Positions 1 to 10,441 of a DNA stretch of 64,000 nucleotides are shown piece by piece. Both the position numbers and the translations under genes were made by a program. How positions within the stretch are numbered: the stretch's first letter is position 1; every line of letters begins with the position of its first letter. A model generated the notes under the pieces. The model was given only the letters and a program-made list of their open reading frames with translations. It was not told the DNA's origin and made no database searches. The stretch is from a virus (Duplodnaviria > Caudoviricetes), in IMG/VR virus record IMGVR_UViG_3300010283_000005, positions 64,001-128,000 of that record; one strand, given 5' to 3'.

Positions 1-627
1 ACTGAAGCTTCTTCAGGCGGATCAGAACGAGAGACTTTATCTCATGCTAAAGTACAGGGACCTAAGACACTATCGATGTTAGGTAAAGCTATTACTCTAC
101 CTGACTTCTATGATATGACTATGGAGCAGCCTGGAGTTCTTCAGTGCAGTGCACTAGATTGGTCAGTCGATGATGGTAAGTATGTATCCTTACCATATAT
201 TGTTGATCTGTATATAGTACCTACTGATGGTGGAGATTGTTCTACTGAGCAGCTTAGTGGCATCAAGCAGTACTTCAATAATCAGAGGACTATGTCTTCG
301 ATTACTATTCATACTTATAGTGCAAATTACAAGGAAGTAGATATTGACGCTACAGTTTATGCTATAATTAGTGAGGCTAAGAAGGAGTCACTCAGAAGTG
401 CAATCGAGACTCGAATCAAGAACTACTTCAAACCTGAGAATCTGAAGTTCGGATCAGGTATCCAGCCTTCTAACATATCTACTTTGATTGAAACTACTTC
501 AGAAGCTATTGACTACGTAGAGCTGAATGCTCCTAATAAGGCTGATAAGCTGGATCTGACTCAGTTTCCTAAGCTTGGTAACGTGAAGATTGAGATCGTA
601 AGGAACAGCGTACGAATGTCTGATTGA
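1..627 (+). CDS. Baseplate J/wedge-like protein, C-terminal part (5'-truncated by window)
   Basis: Frame is open from base 1 (TEASSGGSERETL...AITLPDF). GG.D/E.E..., AIT..D and terminal IDYVEL..P motifs are typical of baseplate J/gp6-like proteins; tail context. Confidence 0.7.
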   Translation, partial: TEASSGGSERETLSHAKVQGPKTLSMLGKAITLPDFYDMTMEQPGVLQCSALDWSVDDGKYVSLPYIVDLYIVPTDGGDCSTEQLSGIKQYFNNQRTMSSITIHTYSANYKEVDIDATVYAIISEAKKESLRSAIETRIKNYFKPENLKFGSGIQPSNISTLIETTSEAIDYVELNAPNKADKLDLTQFPKLGNVKIEIVRNSVRMSD

Positions 628-633
628 AAGGAT

Positions 634-672
634 TCCTAGTCTAGTCTCATAATAAGATTAGACTAGGATCTT
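634..672 (+). terminator. Stem-loop, terminator-like or processing hairpin
   Basis: TCCTAGTCTAGTCT / AGATTAGACTAGGA, 14-bp stem with one G-U and a 7-nt loop, right after the stop codon; weak U tail. Confidence 0.5.
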
Positions 673-674
673 AC

Positions 675-688
675 GCTTAACCGTTAGA
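675..688 (+). promoter_or_regulatory. Candidate late-promoter motif GCTTAMCCGTTAGA, copy 1
   Basis: Intergenic; the motif recurs at 11231 and 13547, each time 40-66 nt upstream of a structural gene start. Confidence 0.5.
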
Positions 689-736
689 GAGCTTCGACAT
701 CGAAGTAAGGTAACATAGAAAGGAGGAAATCTATCA

Positions 737-2362
737 ATGAATATGGAACCTCTGATTCCTCATTCACTACTTGAGGATGAAGATTACCAAGTATTCTTGG
801 AACTGATATCAATCGTGCATGATGATATCAAAAGCATGATTGCTGAGTTCCCTGAGCTAGTCGATATTGATAATGCTCCTGAGATATTCCTTCCTAAGTT
901 ATCGGCATTGATTAGATATCGATATCGATATGATATTGATGAAGATATACAGAGGGAGATAATCAAACGAATTATCTCAATCTACAGGGATAGAGGTACT
1001 GATGATTCTATCAGTATGGCTGCAACTTATGGCGATGATCCTAACTGGATAGGTAGCCATGTATTCTTACCTGGAGCTAATACTAATAAGGATAGAGCTC
1101 AAGTAACCCACCCTGTGGAGGAGATATTCAGGCATGATATCTCTAAGCATTCAGGTACTCATAGATTCGCTGATGCAGTCAGATGGAGAGATGGTACTTT
1201 AATCATTAAGGCTAGCAAGATCAATGATGATATTCGTGCAGCTATCAAGAAAGTGATACCTGCAGGATTGAGAGTCTATTTCGACTTGATCAATAATTCA
1301 CCTGGTGATGGTTACTTTAATGAACTGACCTTTGGAGAGTGGACTTTATCAGTTGATTATGAGCTTGATTATGATATGGTCATCAAAGATAAGCTAGAAG
1401 TAGCTACCTTTGACGTACGTGGCAATGGTCGTAGGCTGAGATCAGGTCGTCAAATAGTATTTTCTAACTATGAGCTAGAGTATGGCATGGGATCTAGTAT
1501 GATTCCTACAGAGGATAAATTCGGTATAGGGAATACTATCCTAGCTGATGCTAAGCCTAGTGATCTAGTGATGACTACTGACAGATCTGGAAACTTCTTT
1601 TACTCTAAGTTAAGTAATCTAGATAAGATGCTAAGATTGAGAGCTACAAGAAATCAGCAGATTATCAATGTATCAGCTAGTCAAGCTAAGCTTACTGATC
1701 TGATAGTTAGAGATAATTCTCAGATAGAAGATCTAGTAATAGCTAATTCTATAATTCATAGAATTGATTATACTATTACAGGATTTGACTTACTAACTAG
1801 GCATCAAGGCATTCCAGCTAGATCTACTTCTAGAGCAGCTCGGAGTGGTAGATATGCTTATGATGGAACTTATACTGGTGAGATCTTCATGCAAACTGAA
1901 ATTCGAGAAGTCACTCCTCAGGATGTAAGATATCCTGTATCAGTAGTCAAATCACTTAAAGTGCATGAGTATCTCAAAGATTATACTAATCCAGTTGAGG
2001 TAGTATTCGAGCCTGATCCTACTCCTACTAGTGTAGGCGATTTGACTCTCGATAGCATAATCGTCAATAAATACTCATCTGAGGTATTTGGTGAAGCAGT
2101 AACTGAATTATCTCCTTCTAATAGGTCTGGAGACTACAATCCTAAAGATTTACTACTATCAGATATTATTAGTAAGCTTCCTAGTCAATCAGTGCGAGTA
2201 GATACTAAGATTTCAGATCTGAAACTTTCTAGTAAGATAGTCACTTCTAGTGGAGTAATGATTCTAGGTGAATTACTCAATAAGGTTACCATAGGAGATT
2301 CAGAAATCAGTCTAGCTGAGCTAGGACTTGATAATTCGTTCCTAGAAGTAATAAATCAATAA
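737..2362 (+). CDS. Baseplate/tail protein (P2 gpI-like N-terminus)
   Basis: DIDNAPEIFLPKL...QREIIKRIISIYRDRGT and IKKVIPAG motifs resemble tail-I-like baseplate proteins; follows the J-like gene; AGGAGG RBS. Confidence 0.65.
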   Translation: MNMEPLIPHSLLEDEDYQVFLELISIVHDDIKSMIAEFPELVDIDNAPEIFLPKLSALIRYRYRYDIDEDIQREIIKRIISIYRDRGTDDSISMAATYGDDPNWIGSHVFLPGANTNKDRAQVTHPVEEIFRHDISKHSGTHRFADAVRWRDGTLIIKASKINDDIRAAIKKVIPAGLRVYFDLINNSPGDGYFNELTFGEWTLSVDYELDYDMVIKDKLEVATFDVRGNGRRLRSGRQIVFSNYELEYGMGSSMIPTEDKFGIGNTILADAKPSDLVMTTDRSGNFFYSKLSNLDKMLRLRATRNQQIINVSASQAKLTDLIVRDNSQIEDLVIANSIIHRIDYTITGFDLLTRHQGIPARSTSRAARSGRYAYDGTYTGEIFMQTEIREVTPQDVRYPVSVVKSLKVHEYLKDYTNPVEVVFEPDPTPTSVGDLTLDSIIVNKYSSEVFGEAVTELSPSNRSGDYNPKDLLLSDIISKLPSQSVRVDTKISDLKLSSKIVTSSGVMILGELLNKVTIGDSEISLAELGLDNSFLEVINQ

Positions 2363-2379
2363 AATAAGGAGGATAAATT

Positions 2380-5300
2380 ATGTCTGAGCTCGAAAAACTT
2401 GATTTAGTTAAGGATAGCATAAGACAGCTATTAGCTAAGTCTAAGAATAATTTTGAGAAATTAGGGATCACTCAAGAAGAACTAGTATCTCGAATTACTA
2501 ACTTAGTAGCTAATAGTGGAGAAGCTACGCAAGGTAACTCAGAATTGATCGATATCCGAGTCGGATCGGACGGATCAATATATGCAACTGCAGGTGATGC
2601 AGTCCGAGCAGTAGGCTACCGTTTGGACGAATTCAGTCAGGAAGTTAGTGATCTAGTAGGATCCAAGATTCCTGATGGATTCATTGTAGAGGATAATATG
2701 CTGTATCTAGCTAGAAACGGAGAAATCGTCTCTGAAGGAGTAGAGTTGCCTTCAGGTGGTGGCGGAGGTGGCGGAGGATCCTCATCTACCATCAAACTAA
2801 GGAATGAATCTTTGTCTACTTCTCTAGCTATAGCAGAAGGGGAGAATGCTACTTTGAAATTTAATTTCTCATCTATTGATGAGGATGGAAATGAATCAGG
2901 TAGTGGTACGCTTCAGGTGTATGTGAATAACATCCTGAAACTGAATAAAATCATTCCTCAAGGTAGTAATGAACTGGATGTCACTTCGTTACTATCTGCA
3001 GGTAATAATAGTGTACGTATCAAAGTCACTGATTCTTATGGTTTATCTAAGCAGATTTCTTACTCTATCGCAGTTATCGCATTATCAATTACTTCGACTC
3101 TGGATGAATCACAGCAGTATGATTCAGATGTCTCATTCCGATACATCCCAGTAGGTGCTGTTGAGAAAGTCATTCACTTTGAGCTGGATGGAACTGAGAT
3201 TGCTACAACTACTACTAGCTCATCTGGTCGTCAGATGACTCAGGTCATTCCAGTACAGTCACATGGTACGCATTTACTCCGAGTGTGGATCACTGCTGAG
3301 GTCAATGGTATCTCAATTTCAAGTAACATCTTGATTTATGATATAATGTTTGTTGATTCTAGTATTACTACTCCAATCATTGCCAGTCCATTTGCAGTGA
3401 CTGAAGTTGAGGAGGGTACTTTCATCAGCATCCCTTATACAGTATATGATCCTAAGAATCTGATGTGCGAGGTTACTTTGGAGATTATTTCTAGAGGAAC
3501 TACATCCGATAAAGTAGTAAGTACTTCTAAGGTGACTGTCGATCGTACTAAGCAGACTTGGAATATCAGAAAATATCCTGTAGGCAATACTGTATTCAGG
3601 ATCAAGTATGGATCAGTTACTAAGGAGTTTTTAGTCAAGGTTAAGGAATCAGCAATTCAAGTAGACATTGAGACTAATGGCTTGGAATTCTACCTAGATG
3701 CAGAGGGTAAATCCAATCAGGGATCTGATAAGGATAGCTGGGAATCAAATGGCTATGCTACTCAGTTCACTGATGTGAACTTCTTATCTAATGGATGGGA
3801 TACTGACAGTGAAGGCAATACTCGTCTGAAGCTGGCAGGTGATGCTAGAGCTTACAATCCATTTCAGATCTTCAAGACTGATAGTTCTTACACTGGTCGA
3901 ACTATTGAGGTTGACTTATTAGTATCTGATGTACAGGATCAGAATGCAGTAGTAATAGATTGCATGTCTGGAGATATTGGTCTTCAGATCATGGCTAATA
4001 AGGCAGTACTCAAAAGCGAATTGAGTGAAGTATCAGCTCCATTCGGTACTGATGCTCATATCAGATTATCCTTTGTCATTGATAAGAGTGGTGATGGTTC
4101 TGAAAGAATGATTCTTCTCTATATCAATGGTATTGCATCCGGAGCAATGCAGTATCCTGACGGAGATAACTTCAGTCAGGTTCTTAATCCAGTCGGAATT
4201 ACGATGGGATCAAACTTATGTACTACGTATATCTACTCGATTGCAGTATATGATTACAATATTACTAAGTATCAGATTCTTAATAACTTTATTGCAGGTG
4301 CTCAGGATCCAGCAGAATTAGCTGAACGTTACCATCGTAATGATATATTCGATGAATATAGCAATATAGTTATTGATAAACTACCTGAGGATACTCCTTA
4401 TCTGATCGTAGAATCCGATACTTTACCTCAGTACAAGGGAGATAAGAAGAAACAGATATCTGGTTCGTTCCACTATCCTATGGATATCACTAAGAACTTT
4501 ACTTTTGAAGGAGCAGAGATTGATGTCCAAGGTACTTCTTCTGCAGTATATAAAGTTAAGAACTTAAAATTCAAGTTCAAGGGTGGATTTGTGGATGAAG
4601 ATGGTACTAAGTACGAAGTCTACTCAATTGCTTACGGAGGAATTGGTGAGAGTACTTTCACCTTCAAAGCTGACGTAGCATCTTCAGAAGGTACTAACAA
4701 CGTTATGCTTATGGAAATCTACAATCTGCTCAATCCATATCGCACTCCTCCTCAGCAGGAAGATAACCGAATCAGACAAACTATCAGTAGTATGCCAATA
4801 GTTATGTTTCAGTATATGCCTGCTACTAGTACTACTAAGTTCATCGGAAAGTACAACTTCAATAACGATAAGGGTACTCCTAATACTTTCGGATTTGATA
4901 GTACAAAATGGCCATTATGTCAGAGTTGGGAGTTCCGCAATAATACTTCTAATCGTATGCTATTCAAATCTGATGATTTTGATAGCTTAGATGAGTCTGG
5001 TGAACCAGCATGGCTATCTGACTTTGAAGCTAGGTACCCTGATGGTAGTGCTGACTGCACTCAGCTCAAAAGAGTAGTATCTTGGGTATGTAGTACCGAT
5101 ACTAAGCAAGCTACTGGTAAGACTCTAGCTAGTGCTGTAACTTACGACGGAGTCGAATATAATAAAGATACTGCTGAGTACCGTCTTGCTAAGTTTAAGA
5201 ATGAGTTTGAAGATTACTTCATCAAGGATGCAATAATCTTCTACTTTTTATTCACTGAAGTATTCCTCATGGTGGATAGCCGAGCTAAGAATGCTTTCTT

Positions 5301-8300
5301 GACTACCTGGGATGGTATCCATTGGCTGATGCTGGCCTACGATGGCGATACTGCAATCGGTATCAACAACGAAGGTGCTCTAGTATATGGATATAGCTAC
5401 AACTCAACTGATACAATCGGTTCTCAGGATGTCTTTAATGGTAAGGAATCTGTGCTGTGGCTTAACCTGGAAGCTGCATTCGCTGACGATATCAAGGCTA
5501 TGTATAAAGACTTACGTAGTAATTCTGTATTCTCAGCAGAAGGAGTCATCTCTATTTTTGATAAGCATCAGAGTGCTTGGTCAGAAGCGATCTTCAATGA
5601 GGATGGCTGGTTCAAATACATTGAACCATTGATCAGTGATAATAATGCAGCATATCTGGATATGCTACAGGGTTCTAAGAAATCACAGAGAGACTGGTGG
5701 CTTAAGAATCGATTCTTATATGAGGATAGTAAATACAATGCAGGTGGAGCAGTATCTGATGCCATTACTTTCAGATTGTATACTCCTGCTAACTGGAATG
5801 CTATTGAACCTAATTCTGATATCACTATTACTCCTGCAGCTGATCATTATGTAAGTATCAAATATGGTTCTTATCTGGTGCAGAAAAGAGCTACTGCAGG
5901 CGAGGAAGTCCTCATGGAATGTCCAATGGATACTACCAACGATACTGAGACTTACATCTACAGTGCAGGAGCAGTAGCTGATGTAGGTGACTTAGCTCCA
6001 CTGTATATCGGTTATTGTGATATTTCCAAGGCTACTAAGCTGAAACACCTTAAGATTGGTGATGGTACAAAGGGGTACTCCAACTCGAACTTCACGTCCC
6101 TGTCAGTAGGTAATAATCCTCTGCTAGAAGATATTGATATTCAGAATTGTCCTCAGTTCAAACAGACTCTGGATTTATCTGGATGTGATAACATCAAGTC
6201 AGTCAAGGCTAAAGGATCTGGAGCTACTTCAGTAAAACTTCCGGATGGTGGATATCTAGAAACTCTAGAGCTTCCTAACTCAGTATCTAACTTGACTATC
6301 AAGAAGCATACTAAGTTCAAGACTTTGAGCATGGATAGTTATGCATCTCTGACTACCTTATGGGTTGAAGATACTCCTAATATTCCAGTTGAGGATATCG
6401 TGAGCTCTGCAACTCATCTGAATCGAGTCCGATTGACTAATATCAATTGGTCAACTGATAAGATTGATACTATCCTGAAGCTAGCTAAGTGCGCTGGACT
6501 TGACGACTACGGTAATAATACTGATACAGCTTGGGTGACTGGTACTGTGACTATCGATACCTTGTATAGTCATGATCTAGATACAATCAAATCAGCATTC
6601 CCGTACCTGACTGTCAAATATAATCATCTAATTCATGTAGTTACATTCCTGAATGAAGATGGCTCATTCTTATCTAAGCAGGAAGTTGAGGATAATAACA
6701 ATGCAGATACTCCTCAGGATCCTACTAAGGCATATGATAAGCATTATTACTATGTCTTCAAGGGATGGGATACGACTTATACTAAGGTCAAGAAAGACTT
6801 AACGATCAAGGCTACGTATGACTATATCACTCAGACTTATCATCTGAAGTTATACAAGAATAAATCAGATTCTAATCCAGCAGCTGAAGTTGACGTACTC
6901 TATGAGAATACGTTCACTTACGATAAGTCACTATTCACTACTGACGATTCAGTATTAGCTGGTTGGACTAATGATGATGGTACCCTATTTGAAGATAACT
7001 TCATGTTCGATTCGATGGCAGTGATCAACTCTGCAGGTAATCCAGTAGATATCAAACTGTATGCTAAACGATATACTATTGAACTTCCTAGTCAGTCCAG
7101 CAACTTATCTGACTTGAACTATGGTCAGATTAAGGCTGTTAGTAATATGATTCAAGGTCAGACTATGGAAGGAGCTTCTATCAAGTACTTCTCTGATACT
7201 CGAGAATACATCATTACTAACTCCAAGAATGGTACTACTGTATCAGTGGCAGTAGGCGATGTCAAGGATATCGTTCTTAGAGATGGAGAACCTATCACAC
7301 TTGCAGTTCTTGATTTCAAGCATGATTATCAGGATTTAGAGGAATCTAAGGGTACTGGTATGACAATTGGATTCAAGAACTTGATGGCTAAGACTCAGCA
7401 GATGAATAAGGGTACTAAAACTAAGTACAATTATACACTAGGTGGAGTCAAGGCTGATGCTACTACGTTCTCGCATGAGGTAAGTACAGAAGAAGCAGTC
7501 TCTGGATACTGTGAGCTAAAGGCTGCTAGTCAGTCTTACATCTCCTTGATTAAGAAAGAATCTGCATCTGGAGAAGTTACTACCTGGGCATTTGACCGTA
7601 GAGGATTCTACTGTATGCAGGATCTATCAGGTGATTCTAAGCCTAGTACTAATACTTGGTACACTGCTGACGATGATCCTAATACTTATAAATTTGGTAA
7701 GATGCTTCTACAGGATAACTCTGCTATCGATTGGATGAGTACTCAGCTGCAGAAGTATGCTATTCAAGGTAGTACTACTAAGTTTAGTAACTTCGGAGGT
7801 ATGATTATTGATACTACTGCTCATGATAATTTGTATAATGCAGATTCAGCAGTGAGATTCTACAGTGACTACACTAACGATTGGAACAACTTCACTGAAT
7901 TAACTCAGAATGCTATAATCAAGATCCCAGTAGTAGCAGGAGATACGGTTACGGTATATGCTTATACTAGTGCTCGTAATACTAATGGTTATCGTGATAC
8001 TGATCTGAGAGACTACTTGATCAACGAGCTGTACTATCTGTTACCACTAGGAGTCAGAGAATTGATTATTCCAGTAGTCAAGAAGTTCTCCATTGGTAAT
8101 AGATGCCCTATCATTGATTACGTTATTGATCCGATCTGGCTACTAAGTTCTCGAGAAGTCAATGGCTTCAATTCGGATCCGTATGATAAAGAAGGTAAGG
8201 TTTATCCTATCTTCAGTAATAATGAGTCACGTAAGAAGTACTTAGCTAATGGTACAGGTGATGTGTACTGGTGGTGGTTGCGTGGTCCTGGTGTTAGTGG

Positions 8301-8397
8301 TTCGGGCAGTTTCTGTAGTGTGTATACGGATGGTTATCCGAGCGGCAACGACTGGGCTTACCACTCTGGTGGTGTCTCCCCTAGCTTCTGTTGGTAA
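2380..8397 (+). CDS. Giant multidomain tail/adhesin protein, DGR1 target (Ig-like, LamG-like, CotH-like, LRR-like, C-terminal DUF6273/CLec-like variable domain)
   Basis: 2005 aa. The C-terminal WWWLRGP...GVSPSFC is encoded by VR1, which matches TR1. Internal KADVASSE, GKYNFNNDK, DSRAKN and YDGDTAIG motifs; LRR-like LEDIDIQNC/LDLSGCDNI. Confidence 0.85.
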   Translation: MSELEKLDLVKDSIRQLLAKSKNNFEKLGITQEELVSRITNLVANSGEATQGNSELIDIRVGSDGSIYATAGDAVRAVGYRLDEFSQEVSDLVGSKIPDGFIVEDNMLYLARNGEIVSEGVELPSGGGGGGGGSSSTIKLRNESLSTSLAIAEGENATLKFNFSSIDEDGNESGSGTLQVYVNNILKLNKIIPQGSNELDVTSLLSAGNNSVRIKVTDSYGLSKQISYSIAVIALSITSTLDESQQYDSDVSFRYIPVGAVEKVIHFELDGTEIATTTTSSSGRQMTQVIPVQSHGTHLLRVWITAEVNGISISSNILIYDIMFVDSSITTPIIASPFAVTEVEEGTFISIPYTVYDPKNLMCEVTLEIISRGTTSDKVVSTSKVTVDRTKQTWNIRKYPVGNTVFRIKYGSVTKEFLVKVKESAIQVDIETNGLEFYLDAEGKSNQGSDKDSWESNGYATQFTDVNFLSNGWDTDSEGNTRLKLAGDARAYNPFQIFKTDSSYTGRTIEVDLLVSDVQDQNAVVIDCMSGDIGLQIMANKAVLKSELSEVSAPFGTDAHIRLSFVIDKSGDGSERMILLYINGIASGAMQYPDGDNFSQVLNPVGITMGSNLCTTYIYSIAVYDYNITKYQILNNFIAGAQDPAELAERYHRNDIFDEYSNIVIDKLPEDTPYLIVESDTLPQYKGDKKKQISGSFHYPMDITKNFTFEGAEIDVQGTSSAVYKVKNLKFKFKGGFVDEDGTKYEVYSIAYGGIGESTFTFKADVASSEGTNNVMLMEIYNLLNPYRTPPQQEDNRIRQTISSMPIVMFQYMPATSTTKFIGKYNFNNDKGTPNTFGFDSTKWPLCQSWEFRNNTSNRMLFKSDDFDSLDESGEPAWLSDFEARYPDGSADCTQLKRVVSWVCSTDTKQATGKTLASAVTYDGVEYNKDTAEYRLAKFKNEFEDYFIKDAIIFYFLFTEVFLMVDSRAKNAFLTTWDGIHWLMLAYDGDTAIGINNEGALVYGYSYNSTDTIGSQDVFNGKESVLWLNLEAAFADDIKAMYKDLRSNSVFSAEGVISIFDKHQSAWSEAIFNEDGWFKYIEPLISDNNAAYLDMLQGSKKSQRDWWLKNRFLYEDSKYNAGGAVSDAITFRLYTPANWNAIEPNSDITITPAADHYVSIKYGSYLVQKRATAGEEVLMECPMDTTNDTETYIYSAGAVADVGDLAPLYIGYCDISKATKLKHLKIGDGTKGYSNSNFTSLSVGNNPLLEDIDIQNCPQFKQTLDLSGCDNIKSVKAKGSGATSVKLPDGGYLETLELPNSVSNLTIKKHTKFKTLSMDSYASLTTLWVEDTPNIPVEDIVSSATHLNRVRLTNINWSTDKIDTILKLAKCAGLDDYGNNTDTAWVTGTVTIDTLYSHDLDTIKSAFPYLTVKYNHLIHVVTFLNEDGSFLSKQEVEDNNNADTPQDPTKAYDKHYYYVFKGWDTTYTKVKKDLTIKATYDYITQTYHLKLYKNKSDSNPAAEVDVLYENTFTYDKSLFTTDDSVLAGWTNDDGTLFEDNFMFDSMAVINSAGNPVDIKLYAKRYTIELPSQSSNLSDLNYGQIKAVSNMIQGQTMEGASIKYFSDTREYIITNSKNGTTVSVAVGDVKDIVLRDGEPITLAVLDFKHDYQDLEESKGTGMTIGFKNLMAKTQQMNKGTKTKYNYTLGGVKADATTFSHEVSTEEAVSGYCELKAASQSYISLIKKESASGEVTTWAFDRRGFYCMQDLSGDSKPSTNTWYTADDDPNTYKFGKMLLQDNSAIDWMSTQLQKYAIQGSTTKFSNFGGMIIDTTAHDNLYNADSAVRFYSDYTNDWNNFTELTQNAIIKIPVVAGDTVTVYAYTSARNTNGYRDTDLRDYLINELYYLLPLGVRELIIPVVKKFSIGNRCPIIDYVIDPIWLLSSREVNGFNSDPYDKEGKVYPIFSNNESRKKYLANGTGDVYWWWLRGPGVSGSGSFCSVYTDGYPSGNDWAYHSGGVSPSFCW
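8278..8385 (+). repeat. DGR1 variable repeat VR1
   Basis: 108-nt ungapped match to 8937-9044; 20 mismatches by manual alignment, all opposite TR adenines (15 G, 3 T, 2 C). Confidence 0.95.
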
Positions 8398-8422
8398 GCT
8401 TGAATTATTGGAGGATTAACTT

Positions 8423-8908
8423 ATGTCGGTGTATGAAAGCGAACGTAGGAAATCTACTAGAGATTTTATCAAATATGCTAGAGCAATGCAGCTAAAGTCA
8501 TTAAGTTATACTTCTCAATTTCCTGAGAAGTATACTGATATGGCTAAATACATAAACAATCTAGCATTTGAAGTGCATGATCAAGCTAAGAGAGCAGAAG
8601 ATTATCCTGATAATTTTGTACAAGATTTAGTACAAATTAGAATCTACCTACTGAGTTCGCGAGCTGCTCTCACTAGTCTGATATCTCAAGTTGATTTAGC
8701 TTATGAATTATTTCCACTTAGTGGATATTCATATACTAATAGGAGGAATAACGATGAAGAATCTGATCAGAAGATCGAAGTCGCTAGTCTTAAGGATTTA
8801 AATAAAAGTACTAGAATTCTTAGAGACTGGTCAGCTTCTCTATTTGATGCATTAACTGCATTAGATGAAGCTATCAAGCATATAGATGGCAGGATATCCT
8901 GCCCTTGA
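8423..8908 (+). CDS. avd: Accessory variability determinant (Avd-like four-helix bundle)
   Basis: 161-aa helical protein between VR and TR; MSV.ES.R..S start, FP.KY and late W motif typical of Avd. Confidence 0.75.
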   Translation: MSVYESERRKSTRDFIKYARAMQLKSLSYTSQFPEKYTDMAKYINNLAFEVHDQAKRAEDYPDNFVQDLVQIRIYLLSSRAALTSLISQVDLAYELFPLSGYSYTNRRNNDEESDQKIEVASLKDLNKSTRILRDWSASLFDALTALDEAIKHIDGRISCP

Positions 8909-8936
8909 ATATGTAGGTTGCATTCTGTATTACCCA

Positions 8937-9044
8937 TTGCGTGGTCCTAATGTTAGTAATTCGAACAATTTCTGTAATGTGAATACAGATGGTAATCCGA
9001 ACAACAACAACTGGGCTAACAACTCTAATGGTGTCTCCCCTAGA
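8937..9044 (+). repeat. DGR1 template repeat TR1
   Basis: AAY-rich copy of VR1 between avd and RT (34 adenines). Confidence 0.95.
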
Positions 9045-9274
9045 TCCTGCAATTCAGCAGATTTAAATCCTAGCTAGGCATGCTATTATCTGCCTTATTA
9101 CAGAAGGAGAATGCAACCTTCCACTTAAAGTGGTAAATAAGTACCTTAGATATGATTAGGAGGACGCTTCTTGCATGGTTAGCTGCTTAAGCATTTCAGC
9201 TAATTTCATTCCTAGTATCATTTAGCAGTAAGTCAGAATGCTTAGTATCAAGTACTGTACGAGGTAACCCTAGA

Positions 9275-10441
9275 ATGAATAGTGTAGAACGACATGAAGC
9301 TCGTTATCAACGTAGACGAGCTAGAAGACTTAAACGCAAGTCTGAGTATGATTCAGGTTGCGTGACTACTGAAGATGTATTTACTTATGATAATTTATAT
9401 GCTTCGTACAAGAAGTGCTTGAGAGGAGTGAATTGGAAATATAGCGTGCAATCCTATCAGGCTGATGCTCCTATCCTAGTATATCAATCATACCGTGAAA
9501 TAGCTGAAGATAGACTAGTAGTCAGACCTGGAAGTAGATTCATTCTATATGAGCGTGGTAAATTAAGGAAGATTCGAGGAGTCAATATCAAGGAGCGAGT
9601 TATTCAGAAATGTTTAAGTGATCACTGCTTGAAACGAGTACTAGGCAGATCATTGATCTATGATAATCATGCTAGTAGAGCAGGTAAGGGTACTCGTAAG
9701 GCTAGAGAACGACTACAATGTCATCTTGAACGTCAGATCAGAAGGCATGGTCCTAATAGCTATGCTCTAGTATTCGACTTTTCAGGATTCTTCGATAGTT
9801 TCGATCACAATCTAGTACGTCAGTATCTTATGAATACTGTAGGTGATCCTAGAATTGTGGACCTAACTATGAAATTTGTTAACTCATCAGATATAGGTAG
9901 AGGACTCGAGTTAGGTAGTGAAGTCAATCAGGATTTAGCTATCAGTGTATCTAGTATTATTGATCACTTTGTGAAAGAAGTACTGCAGATACATAATTAT
10001 GGTCGATATATGGATGATGGATACATGCTTCACGAAAGTAAAGAGTATCTAGAGCAGTGTTTAGTAAGATTCAAAGAATTCGTAGAATCACTAGGATTCA
10101 AGCTAAATACTAAGAAGACTAGGATAATCTCTTTGACCAAGGATGGATTCCAATTCTTAAAGACTAAGTATCGAGTCACTCAGACTGGTAAGATTATAAA
10201 GAGATGCGTTCATTCTAGCGTAGTTAGAATGAGACTTAAGCTCAAGAAACTAAGGATCAAACTTACTGAGGGTAAATTGAAATTCCTTAGTATCTACTCA
10301 GCATTTCAGTCCTGGAAATCTAGTATATCACACTGCAACTGCTACGTCACAGTGAAATCAATGACTAAATTATTCCTCAGGCTTTATCATAATGAATGCA
10401 CTGAAGCAGGATTTATCAATAAATTAAGGAGGTGCTTATAA
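9275..10441 (+). CDS. DGR reverse transcriptase RT1
   Basis: ERGKLRKI, ERVIQK, GKGT, DFSGFFDS, GLELGSEVNQ, YGRYMDD and FLK motifs; 388 aa. Confidence 0.95.
   Translation: MNSVERHEARYQRRRARRLKRKSEYDSGCVTTEDVFTYDNLYASYKKCLRGVNWKYSVQSYQADAPILVYQSYREIAEDRLVVRPGSRFILYERGKLRKIRGVNIKERVIQKCLSDHCLKRVLGRSLIYDNHASRAGKGTRKARERLQCHLERQIRRHGPNSYALVFDFSGFFDSFDHNLVRQYLMNTVGDPRIVDLTMKFVNSSDIGRGLELGSEVNQDLAISVSSIIDHFVKEVLQIHNYGRYMDDGYMLHESKEYLEQCLVRFKEFVESLGFKLNTKKTRIISLTKDGFQFLKTKYRVTQTGKIIKRCVHSSVVRMRLKLKKLRIKLTEGKLKFLSIYSAFQSWKSSISHCNCYVTVKSMTKLFLRLYHNECTEAGFINKLRRCL

Larger units (their letters stand above)
8278..10441 (+). mobile_element. Diversity-generating retroelement 1 (VR1-avd-TR1-RT1)
   Basis: Canonical gene order; TR/VR pair with A-only mismatches; RT with YMDD. 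Confidence 0.95.

Noticed and set aside
8386-8422. Post-VR1 hairpin
   Set aside because: No convincing inverted repeat was found between VR1 and avd.
8886-9077. 63-aa Asn-rich ORF
   Set aside because: It is the open frame of TR1 (AAY codons), not a likely protein gene.
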